In this document: piece after piece, positions 42,182 through 54,207 of the stretch
Position numbering within the stretch: the stretch's first letter is position 1
Layout: every line of letters starts with the position of its first letter
Assembly (NCBI GenBank): GCA_951406725.2
Contig: OX597823.1
Location: 88,970,001 to 89,034,000, forward strand
DNA: 64,000 bases
Direction of reading: 5' to 3'
From: Octopus vulgaris
Taxonomy: Eukaryota
Notes under the pieces: generated by a model
Databases searched by the model: none
What the model was told of the DNA's origin: nothing
The model's input: the letters and a program-made list of their open reading frames with translations, nothing else
Made by a program: the position numbers and the translations under genes

Positions 42182-42352
42182 GGTGTTTATAAGCTATTTA
42201 AAAACACACAAGAACCGTTAGATTCATTTCAACATTTCAATGTAATTATTCAAAATATTTCCGTCGCTTTGAAACCGCGACCTATTTACTGACAAAATTT
42301 CATGCTATCACCCGATCTCAGATCAAGTCACTTGCTATGCAAATACATCTCC

Positions 42353-42353
<1 letters not shown>
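42182..42353. mobile_element. Diverged copy of the 38543-38871 PLE terminus family
   Basis: 42182-42300 matches 38618-38740. 42307-42353 is the reverse complement of 38545-38585. Confidence 0.75.
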
Positions 42354-42429
<76 letters not shown>

Positions 42430-43295
42430 AGCGGAAGAGTCAAAGTGCTTGTATTGTAGCAAAAGTAGATGTGTCACTGTATATTTAAATTAAAAGGTTT
42501 TTGGGGCTATTTGATGTTCAAAATTTCATGTAAATATAAGAAAAATAAAATGTTTTGATTATAGGTATGTGAATTATATTGATTGGATGTATTAAAAACA
42601 TGTACAGTTATATTTATATTTATTAAAGAGTTGTAACAACTAAGTGGTTGGAAACGCGTTATAATATCTAACGACTAGTATTTGGAAAATTCGTTTTACT
42701 GGAGTGATAGCTGATAATACAGAATAGGATTCCGGTGAACAGAAGGCAATGATGTTTCGAGTCACAATTGAATGCCTTTCAGTTAGTATTTCTTCTTTAT
42801 GTATTAAAGTATTTTTTTAAATGAACTTCACAACATGATGTCGTCCTATCGGCTGATATAGACCTTGCACTTAATCAATATAAGACAATATTACAAATTG
42901 TTGGAAAAAAGATAATAGATGATAAATGAATTATACTTGAATTGATTTGAAATATTGTACATAAATTTTAGATAGCTATTTCTATTTTTTTTTAACGATT
43001 AAACAATTTAGGAAAATTTATATACGCGACATCAAGAATGTATAAATGTCTTCATCGATAGACTTCTGGGATATTGCCTCCTTATAATAATGATTATAAT
43101 ATCTTTGTGTGTGCTTAAATTCAACATAATATAATCAATTAGAGTAGTGAAGTAACGGCAATACTTTCTTCTCCTTCTTTGCTTTTTTTCCTTTCGGGTG
43201 GCGGGAGCGGGTATAGGATAAGGCTTACATTATTTATATGTTTGGGTATAATTGATTAAAATTTTTCAGCTGCAAATATACAATGGCACTTTAGC

Positions 43296-43328
<33 letters not shown>

Positions 43329-43395
43329 AATTAGTATGGGTATGTATGTGTATACATATACATATATATGTATATATATGTATATGTATATATAT

Positions 43396-43503
<108 letters not shown>

Positions 43504-44433
43504 TCACACACACTCAAACATATACATATGTATGTACATATATATAAACATGTGTGTATACACATATACACATACACACACGCACATACACGTACATACA
43601 TGCATACATACATACATACATACATACATACATACATACATACATACATACGTACGTACATACATACGTACGTACATATATACATATGTGTGTTTGTATG
43701 TGTGCGTGTGTGTGTGCGCGTGTTTGTATATATGTGTACAAAACAGAAAAATCGTTGAAAAAACTAAAGAGACAGAACAGATGTATAAATTGATGTCTAC
43801 GCTGAGAATTAAACTCTTCAATTCAATTGATTTTTTTTCAATTCAATTTAGTTTATTGTCATTCAATTCAAACCTAACAAAAGTGAAGAGTTTTGAAATA
43901 CTAACTCAATGCGATTTATTTGAATTTTGAATACAAACCAAAATACATTAGTATTTTATGAGCAATCTGATAAATTTCGTTGTATTTTCGGTTAGATAAT
44001 ATCGTAATATCTGGGTAGTGGTAGAGGCTAAAATTGGATGCTAAATTAAGAAAGAAATATCTACCACGACTTTTATTACAAAGTTTCTGTCAGACAGCCA
44101 TTGTTCCAAACGATTTTTTTTTCTTATTTCAATATATTGGGAACGGATTTTTTGTTTCGCTTTATTGCAGTTTTTTAGTCAACAATTTCCATATTCTAAT
44201 ATACAACTAAGGCTGTGAATATAAGCCATGTTCTTAGGCCTACGCTAGTGGAGTTAATAATGGTAGATTTATCGCTTCTTTTTATCTTATCAACGAATAA
44301 AATAATATCACCCACAACGACGCTTGCATATTCAATTTATCACTTTCATGACATACAGTAATATCTGAAAAACTTAGAAAGAGATTAGCTATTGCCTCGC
44401 TGCAATCTGGTTAGCTCAATGTGTGTGTATTTG

Positions 44434-44473
<40 letters not shown>

Positions 44474-44621
44474 CGTGTGTGTGTGTATGTGCGAGCGTGT
44501 GCCTGTGTAGGTCTGCGTGTGTATGAGTGAGTGTACATGTATACATAAAATTCTATACATGTATTATACAAATAAGTACACATGTATTTGCATATATGCA
44601 TATACATTTGTATATATATAC

Positions 44622-44663
<42 letters not shown>

Positions 44664-44859
44664 GTATATATATACAAATGTATATGCATATATATATATA
44701 TATTCAGTAAAGAAATATATATATAGATAGATATGTCTTGTATATATATATATATACGCAGGATTTACATATAAGTAAATATGGATTTATATATGTATAT
44801 ATATATATGTATACTGTTTATATATTTGTGTATATATATATATGCATATATACATATGC

Positions 44860-44896
<37 letters not shown>

Positions 44897-45009
44897 TATT
44901 TCGGAATGGTCATATTGCCAGTTTAGCCAATAAAAACACACGCACTATATATTTGGTGTTATTTTGCTTCAGTGATATTTATTTTTTACATTAATCTTAA
45001 TCTTATTTC

Positions 45010-45054
45010 GGCCAAAGTTCTTTCGTCACACTCCTGTGACCGCATCAGTGGTCC
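45010..45054 (-). ncRNA. Mirror copy of the variant hammerhead
   Basis: Reverse complement of 47779-47823. Confidence 0.6.
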
Positions 45055-45599
45055 TTTGTTTTCTTCTCACTTACTTGTGTCTCTACTTACTAACCGTCAG
45101 CCATTTTGTATTTCTATTGTATGTCTTCATTTGCGCATGCTTATATCTCTATGTGCGTCTATGTTTATTTAGTGTGTGTGGGGGGGATGCCTGTAATATT
45201 TGTATCTTCTGGTTATATACATTCTTGTAATTTGTATTTTGTTTTTGTTGTTATTGCTTTTGTTCTAATTTTGTTCATGTGTTTACATCCACCCATTATT
45301 ATCATTACATATGCTTGTATGTATGTATAACAACAATATTAGTAATAATAATAATAAATCTAATCGAAAAAAAAAAATAAATTAAAAAAAAAAAAATAAA
45401 AAAAAATAAGAAAAGAATATACATATACATATATATATATACATACATATACATATACATATACATATATATATATACATACATATACACATACATATAC
45501 ATATATATGCACATATACACACATATATACACATATAGATATTCATTTCTATTTCTTTAATTACCTGTGTATTTATTATGTTTGCAGGATCCACTATTG

Positions 45600-46449
45600 T
45601 CATATGTTGTGGTGTGCGCTATTGCTCCATTCTAGTTTTCTATTCAGGCTAGGTTTATTTTCTATTATATGTGTAGCTTCTGTAATTTGTCTAATTGTTG
45701 CATCTGTTCTATGTGTTGACAATATCTTAATCTCTATGTTATTGATTGATCCCCCGTGTTCTTGTTCGGCGTGTTGGTACAGAATCGATGAGCTTTTACC
45801 TTCCTTGAGTTGTCTCCAATGTTCATTCACCCGCTCACCAATGCTTCTTGCAGTTTACCCTACGTATGTTACTGTCTTGTTACTGCATCGTCCCTCTATA
45901 CATCTTATACTATAGACCACATTTCTGGCTTTACAGTTCGTTTGTGGGCTAAATCTACATACAGTGCAATAGTTATCCGTACAGAGAGTTCTACTAAAAG
46001 GATAGCTTCTACCAATTATAGATCTGATAGGGTTGCCTGGCTTTTCAACAACCTTAATTCTTAGTTTAAGTTTATCTAGGGTCCTTCTAAAGCGGTACGC
46101 TAGTTCACCTCCAGGGGTGGTGTCAACGAACATGACACTCTGGTATTTATGGCTATCATACCAAGAGTTGGCCTTCCCTATTTTCTTTTTTGTCCTTTCT
46201 ATAGTGTTCCATGACTTGTTCCTATAGAGTGGGCAAATCCCATTCCTATCATTACATAATATATTATCAAATTTCTTCATGGCTCCTTTGTATACTCTGA
46301 TCCTTTCTTTATGGCTGTAACCTGAGAACTGCATGCGGTGAATGAAATACTGTATGTGTCTCTTTAATTCTGTAGGCTCGCACATGCGTGACACATTTCT
46401 CATTATTCTGACGAGGTCTGCCATCAAAATATTGAATTTGGCATTGCCC
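45600..46449 (-). pseudogene. Mirror PLE GIY-YIG ORF with a GAA>TAA nonsense change at 45855-45857
   Basis: ORFs 45855-46427 and 45600-45830 are collinear with the right arm. Confidence 0.85.
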
Positions 46450-46496
46450 GCGAGCCTACAGAATTAAAGAGACACATACAGTATTTCATTCACCGC

Positions 46497-47231
46497 ATGC
46501 AGTTCTCAGGTTACAGCCATAAAGAAAGGATCAGAGTATACAAAGGAGCCATGAAGAAATTTGATAATATATTATGTAATGATAGGAATGGGATTTGCCC
46601 ACTCTATAGGAACAAGTCATGGAACACTATAGAAAGGACAAAAAAGAAAATAGGGAAGGCCAACTCTTGGTATGATAGCCATAAATACCAGAGTGTCATG
46701 TTCGTTGACACCACCCCTGGAGGTGAACTAGCGTACCGCTTTAGAAGGACCCTAGATAAACTTAAACTAAGAATTAAGGTTGTTGAAAAGCCAGGCAACC
46801 CTATCAGATCTATAATTGGTAGAAGCTATCCTTTTAGTAGAACTCTCTGTACGGATAACTATTGCACTGTATGTAGATTTAGCCCACAAACGAACTGTAA
46901 AGCCAGAAATGTGGTCTATAGTATAAGATGTATAGAGGGACGATGCAGTAACAAGACAGTAACATACGTAGGGGAAACTGCAAGAAGCATTGGTGAGCGG
47001 GTGAATGAACATTGGAGACAACTCAAGGAAGGTAAAAGCTCATCGATTCTGTACCAACACGCCGAACAAGAACACGGGGGATCAATCAATAACATAGAGA
47101 TTAAGATATTGTCAACACATAGAACAGATGCAACAATTAGACAAATTACAGAAGCTACACATATAATAGAAAATAAACCTAGCCTGAATAGAAAACTAGA
47201 ATGGAGCAATAGCGCACACCACAACATATGA
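46497..47231 (+). CDS. PLE RT-thumb / Zn-finger linker / GIY-YIG endonuclease, 5'-truncated
   Basis: MQFSGY...CPLYR...FVDTTP...CTDNYCTVC...NVVYSIRC...YVGETARSIGERVNEH...RQITEA. Confidence 0.85.
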   Translation: MQFSGYSHKERIRVYKGAMKKFDNILCNDRNGICPLYRNKSWNTIERTKKKIGKANSWYDSHKYQSVMFVDTTPGGELAYRFRRTLDKLKLRIKVVEKPGNPIRSIIGRSYPFSRTLCTDNYCTVCRFSPQTNCKARNVVYSIRCIEGRCSNKTVTYVGETARSIGERVNEHWRQLKEGKSSSILYQHAEQEHGGSINNIEIKILSTHRTDATIRQITEATHIIENKPSLNRKLEWSNSAHHNI

Positions 47232-47778
47232 CAATAGTGGATCCTGCAAACATAATAAATACACAGGTAATTAAAGAAATAGAAATGAATATCTATATGT
47301 GTATATATGTGTGTATATGTGCATATATATGTATATGTATGTGTATATGTATGTATATATATATATGTATATGTATATGTATATGTATGTATATATATAT
47401 ATGTATATGTATATTCTTTTCTTATTTTTTTTTATTTTTTTTTTTTAATTTATTTTTTTTTTTTCGAATAGATTTATTATTATTATTACTAATATTGTTG
47501 TTATACATACATACAAGCATATGTAATGATAATAATGGGTGGATGTAAACACATGAACAAAATTAGAACAAAAGCAATAACAACAAAAACAAAATACAAA
47601 TTACAAGAATGTATATAACCAGAAGATACAAATATTACAGGCATCCCCCCCACACACACACTAAATAAACATAGACGCACATAGAGATATAAGCATGCGC
47701 AAATGAAGACATACAATAGAAATACAAAATGGCTGACGGTTAGTAAGGAGAGACACAAGTAAGTGAGAAGAAAACAAA

Positions 47779-47823
47779 GGACCACTGATGCGGTCACAGG
47801 AGTGTGACGAAAGAACTTTGGCC
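47779..47823 (+). ncRNA. Variant hammerhead in PLE 3' UTR (C at position 9 plus extra G)
   Basis: GGACCA-CTGATGC-G-GTCAC-AGGAGT-GTGAC-GAAA-GAAC-TT-TGGCC, on the sense strand of the element. Confidence 0.6.
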
Positions 47824-47998
47824 GAAATAAGATTAAGATTAACGTAAAAAATAAATATCACTGAAGCAAAATAACACCAAATATATAGTGCGTGTGTTTT
47901 TATTGGCTAAACTGGCAATATGACCATTCCGAAATATAACAATATCTGTTTCAACACACGACTTCACATAAAAAATCTTGCACAACAAATATTTAAAC

Positions 47999-48039
<41 letters not shown>

Positions 48040-49072
48040 CATACATATATGTATGTGTGTACAAGTATATTCTTATATATTTATGTCCGAGTGTACGTGT
48101 ACATATATAACTAACTTTGTGTGACATTGAGTGTCGGAGAGGGACATGTGGGGATAGAAGGGGAGAGGGGGAGAAAGTGGAGAGAGGGGATGGGAGAGAG
48201 AGGGTGAGAGAGAAGGGGAGAGGGGGAGTAAGTGGAGAGAGGGGATGGGAGAGATAGGGCGAGAGAGAAGGGGAGAGAGAGGGCGGGATAGAAGGGGAGA
48301 GAGAGGGTGGGAAGACTTCATGCGTGTGTGTATCGGTATGTATTAAAATCCATCATTAAAATACATTGCTTTGCGTTAACCTAGAAAACGTCGAGCATTT
48401 CAATTATTGGTGCCCTCTAATTTATACGTTGCTATTGATATAATTATCATCACCACCACTGTCATCATCATCATCATCATCATCATCATTACTATCAATT
48501 AGTAGCAGCATCTTCACCACCATCATAATTACTGTTGAGGATATCATCAATCTTATTTTACTTATAAGTTTTCATTACTTACCACAATACACAAAATATA
48601 AAAACATATCTCCGATATTTTCACCTGGAAATTCATATATATATATATATATATCATTGTTATGCTATAGGTCTTCTCTCTGTATTTGGAAGAAAGTCCG
48701 TTGTTAAAAAGTAAAAAAATACAGTTGTATTTATTCTTATATATTATGGAAAGATAACGATACCGTGTACATACAAATTAGCATCAATCTATATATTTCT
48801 ATGCATCCACATACGTATACACAGATAAATACGCAATCCCGCCGAAAACACGTATGTCGCTGTCCGCATACCATTTTATCTTTGCAGCTAATGGGTGTGG
48901 GTATGGTCGGATATGCTAAGTCAATTAGTAACTACATTGTATATTTATATTCACAAACACCACGTTTAGACACACAGAAACACACATACAAACATACACA
49001 CAGAAACACACACACATATATACATATATACGTACACATATTAATGTATATATATATGTATATATATATATA

Positions 49073-49115
49073 CATTTCTGATGAAACTACAGGAGTAGTT
49101 GAAAGCGCTAATATG
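49073..49115 (+). ncRNA. Minimal type I hammerhead, canonical core
   Basis: CATTT-CTGATGA-AACTAC-AGGA-GTAGTT-GAAA-GCGC-TA-ATATG. Perfect 6 bp stem II, palindromic stem III, one stem I mismatch. Confidence 0.8.
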
Positions 49116-49254
49116 AAGAAATAATATGATATGTAAATAAATATATATATTTTACAACCATCCAGCATTCTGAACACCTTTTTTATTTCATATGTATTAA
49201 ATCTGTACATCACCCCCAATACTTGTAACATATATATATAAATATGCCGCACTT

Positions 49255-49393
49255 GCCCCTACCTCTCCAACACCACCATCCTCACAGATACCCATCATCG
49301 TCCCTATCATATCACTGACTCCTTCACCTGCACTTCTGCCAACGTCATTTACTGCATCTCCTGCTCTTTCTGTCCTTCACTGTACATCGGTTA
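49255..49393 (+). pseudogene. PLE GIY-YIG fragment
   Basis: HRPYHITDSFTCTSANVIYCISCSFCPSLYIG*. Same family as 58958-59290. Confidence 0.75.
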
Positions 49394-50372
49394 AAGTGTA
49401 TATAATTATGACCAAATCACAATTACAACGGAGAGGTTTCAGAAACACATGTCTAGAAGTATCAGTGAAAACCGCTATAATGCAATTATAACCACTCATA
49501 TCTTATATCTTCACCATAAAGCTGTCTGCAGGCGACATGACATAGAATTCAAAACATAAATAAAAGCTTAATTCTCTATTGCAATTTCGAAGTTAGGAAC
49601 CAAATGTGGTTCCAACATTCCGTAGGTAGAAATTAACACATCTCATACCTTGGGGCTTACATCTTTCCCGAATGGCAAGAAAAATGTGTCAACCTGTATC
49701 TACACATTCAAATTCTGAATTCCAACGTCATGCACAGCCTTTATAAGGAAAGACCAGTAAATCCAGTCACGGCGATAAACCGGATATGAGTGGAAAATTA
49801 ACTAATTAGAGAGGAATGTAAAAATACATTACGAACGATATATCATAAGCAAACTTAGGAATTCAGTGTTAGATAGTCCTTCTTAAAGAACATTCTACGC
49901 GAGAGAATCACAGTCTGCATGATAGTAGAGATTGCTGTGAAAGACGATATGGTTATAGTCTTGGTATCATTTAAATTTGAGTTAACCTTTTTAGAATTTA
50001 AGGAAATAGATTATTTTATATACGTAGGAGTAGAAATAAACGTTAATTAGGCCAGGATGAATTCCATTCATTGGCCACTCGTAATGATACCATACAAGAT
50101 AAATAGAATAAGATGATTCAAAAGAAAGAGGAAATAAAAAGGAAATTAACAAAAAAAAAAAAAAGTAATGAGGTGTATCGTGAAATTGTTAAAAGCTAAC
50201 AAGCGTAGATCTACGATTATTTGACTAGGATAACTTATGTGTAATCTTGATATTCTAGAATGTACTTCTTTAAAAGTTCGCTTCAGGCACGCAGACGGGT
50301 AAAACCTTGAACAAAGATGCATAAGAATCTCTCCATTGTATTAATCTGTACTGCAACTGAATCAATTAAATA

Positions 50373-50779
50373 CTCTTTTACTCTTTTACTTGTTTTAGTC
50401 ATTTGACTGCGGCCATGCTGGAACACCGCCTTTAGTCGAGCAACTCGACCCCGGGACTTATTCTTTTTGTAAGCCCAGTACTTAATCTATCGGACTCTTT
50501 TTGCCGAACCGCTAAGTGACGGGGACGTAAACACACCAGCATCGGTTGTCAAGCAATGCTAGGGGAACAAACACAGACACACAAACACACACACATACAT
50601 ATATATATATACATATATACGACAGGCTTCTTTCAGTTTCCGTCTACCAAATCCACTCACAAGGCATTGGTCGGCCCGGGGCTATAGCAGAAGACACTTG
50701 CCCAAGATGCCACGCAGTGGGACTGAACCCGGAACCATGAGGTTTGTTAGCAAGCTACTTACCACACAGCCACTCCTGC
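50373..50779 (-). mobile_element. SINE family B
   Basis: Reverse complement of 5068-5455. Confidence 0.9.
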
Positions 50780-51092
50780 ACATAAATGCACATAAATGCT
50801 ATATAAAAAGACACGTGGGTACTTATGCAGCAGAAACACGTGTCGGATTTCAATCGGATGTGAGTTTAACGAGAACAAAACTGCAATATACAAGTTCAGA
50901 AGATAATTCTTCATTCTTCGTCATGATGTCTTGGTTACGTACGCTATACGCTGTATAAAAGTGAGCTCAGGATTTTTCCTACTGTGTGAAATATTGTTTA
51001 TCTTCAACAATGCCATATGCTCCCTGTTATTCCATGTGGTTAACCAGATTTTATCAGAGTGCTACCAAGGTACCTACCCAGCTTTACGTTTA

Positions 51093-51145
<53 letters not shown>

Positions 51146-51184
51146 CATATGCGCACGCACACGCACGCCCATACACATATATCC

Positions 51185-51475
51185 TTTTATTCTTTTACTT
51201 GTTTCAGTCATTTGAGAGCCGCCATGCTGGAGCACCACCGTTAGTCGAACGAATCGAGCCAGGATGTATTCTTTGTAAGCCTAATACTTATTATATCAGT
51301 CTATATACGGAACCGCTAAGTTACGGGGATGTAAACACACCAACATCGGTTGTCAATAGATGGTTGGCCCAAGGCTATAGCGGAAAACACTTGCCTAAGG
51401 TGCCATGCACTGGGACTGAACACGAAACCATGAGGTTGGAAAGCAAGCTTCTTACAGCACAGCCACGCCTGCGCC
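51185..51475 (-). mobile_element. SINE family B, internally deleted
   Basis: Head and tail match 50373-50779. Confidence 0.75.
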
Positions 51476-52374
51476 TATATACATCTTTATTTCAAATTTT
51501 GACTTAAGCCAATCAGTTTCGGGAGAGGAGGAAAATCGATTACATCGCCCCCAGTGATCAACTGGTATTTATTTTATCGACCCGATAGGATGAAACGCAA
51601 TTCGACCTCGGCAGAATTTGAATTTGCTCACCAACCGCATGGTCTGCGTGGCAACTTGGGCAAGTGTCGTTTACTATAGCCTCGGGCCGACCAAAGCCTT
51701 GTGAGTTGATTTCGTAGACAGAAAGAGAAATATATATATATATATTTACGTATATGCGTATGTGTATCTGGATCTCTCTCTCTCTCCTTATATATATTTC
51801 TTCTCCACTTCCTCCCTTATTTTTATTTAGTTTTTATTTATTTTTTTATATATTTTTTTTTATATATTTTTAATTATTTTTTATTTTTATTTTTATATTT
51901 ATTTTTATTTTTATTTTCCCTTTTCTCTTTCTTTCTCTCTCTCCTTCTCCAAACACACAGAGACACACACACACACACGCGCACACAAAAACACACACGG
52001 ACACACACACACACCTCCACAAAACGATCATAGAAAGTGTGACCCCAAATGACATTTGTCCGGCCAGCCTACGCACAACACACACTCAGTGACACGAGAC
52101 TGGACAGAGGGCAGAGCCAAAATTCTTAGAAAACCACAGGAGGTCCAGTAGGCCAACAGAATAATAATACTTCTTCTTCCCTATCAGATACAAACGCACA
52201 CACACACACATACACACACACACATACACACACACACATACACACACACACACACACATACACATACACACATGTTTTCTCTGTCTCACTTCCTCCTCAC
52301 CCTTTTATACTGTCTTATTCCTCCCCACCACTACTACGAAACTATAAAATGTTCAAATTACCCATCAAGGAATT

Positions 52375-52423
52375 GATTTGATTTGAAAACCCCACTCGAT
52401 TGGGAGAAAGCGCTAATCCGAAT
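52375..52423 (+). ncRNA. Variant hammerhead, U3-A8 core, in 5' pseudo-LTR
   Basis: ATTTGAT-TTGAAAA-CCCCA-CTCGAT-TGGGA-GAAA-GCGC-TA-ATCCGAAT. The pair at the base of stem II is a C.A mismatch. Confidence 0.5.
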
Positions 52424-52589
52424 GATATGATCTGAATGATATGATATATATGTAAAAAATGTAATATATAAATAAATATCTATAAATACGAACCATCCGA
52501 TCTGATTACCTCATTTTTTCTAATATATAATACCTGTACATCATCTCCAAACCTTCCAATACATATATTTGGATGTACATGACATCAGA

Positions 52590-54207
52590 ATGGATGGACT
52601 AATATCAGATCCACAAACAGAAGATACCAAAAATACAGAAAATATTGAAAGGAATGGAACAGAACCAGACCCCAAACAGGCTTATACCAAACACGCAGAA
52701 GACCTAACACAAATCTGCAAAATATGCAATGCCGAAATAAACAAGACAGAAACACATCTTCAACAGGGGAATACCAGAAACATGGAAGATCTATTCACAG
52801 AAACCTGTAGTATGTTAAATTCACTTCTCTCAAAAATTGATACGCTCTTTGCAAACATTGCTTTAACAATAAATACAATCCAAACACTAAATAGTCTCTC
52901 TAAAAATAATCAAGCAAACACAACTGACAACACAAACCTTCTGGCGGGACCACCCCAATCACAAAGGACAACAAATGACGAAGAAACAAAAACTGATACA
53001 AACCAAGAAAAACCTTCAAAACCCCAAGACTGGAACAAACTTCTAAACCAACGCAAATATGCTTACTGGAAAAACATACGCTGTAAGAACATAGCCAACA
53101 TATATCAGAACCCAATACTCCCCAGAAAATTTCTTATCAAAGAAATAAGGGGTGAAACACTAGAAGAAACAACAATACGTGCAAACCTAGCCCTCTGCCG
53201 ACTAGAAACGGAAATTTCCCTACTACAAACACGAAGCACACACCAGGAAGATAAGATTAAAACAATCGATACCGTCATAATGGCCGAGATAACAGAAAGG
53301 AACAATAACCAAAACAAAGAAAAACTACAACAATTATGGAAAGAGGATACCGAACGAGAGGAGGAAAGATCCAGAATTATGTGGAGCAAACAACATGAGT
53401 GGTTTTTAAACTACGAAAAGAACTATGGGGAAGAATCAATTATGAAGACAAAAAAACTACCAAAACAAGTGAATAGATACAACAAACCAACACCACAAAC
53501 ATATTGAACTCCCAGACATCAAAATACGCCCTACCAAACACAAACCAAAATCCCGCTCCTTACACTGCCCAATTAACAGATACACAAAATATGAAAGACA
53601 ACCATCAATTAACAGATACACAAAATATGAAAGACAACCATCAACCCAAAACCCTACAAAAATAAATACACCAACAGCAAGACGAGCACAATACATACAA
53701 CCAACAGCCTATAACACTTGGAGAGAACAAATAGAATATGAACAACCACCAACACATAACACTGGACATCCTAAAGGGACACACACATGGAACAATATAC
53801 AAATGGATAGAAATCAACACATAACCTACAACAAACATCGAGGAAATCGAAACCACACAAACACCAACCCCATGCAACCCCACAAATTTACAAGATGGAT
53901 AAAAAACAACTCCCACTATCAATACAATACAAACACAATACATGAACCATCCACCTACCCACAAAGAAACCTGAACCCCAGTAATAAATATTGGCTCAAC
54001 AAACACAGAAGATGGGAAGAAAACAACTACCAAAGACAAAACAACACATACAGACCACGCAGACCACCCCTACTACAAGAAAACCTAAGAACTGAAAATG
54101 GAATTTGGAGACGTAACAACACAACCCATTTTTTAGGGAGAGGATACTTCAACCATACTCCAGACCCAATACACCAAAATTTCCCGATGAACTCCCAAAA
54201 CACATAG
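52590..54207 (+). pseudogene. PLE ORF1 (~540 aa; helical N-half, N/T/P/Q/Y-rich C-half), one frame break near 53470-53505
   Basis: One frame is open 52569-53504 (first ATG 52590) and the next is open 53473-54204. In-frame 36 bp duplication at ~53570-53641. Confidence 0.7.

Larger units (their letters stand above)
44893..48001. mobile_element. Inverted (foldback) pair of 5'-truncated Penelope-like elements
   Basis: Arms 44893-46381 and 46450-47940 are near-identical. The 68 nt spacer continues the left ORF. The right arm has 61 nt extra. (TA)n on both sides. Confidence 0.95.
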
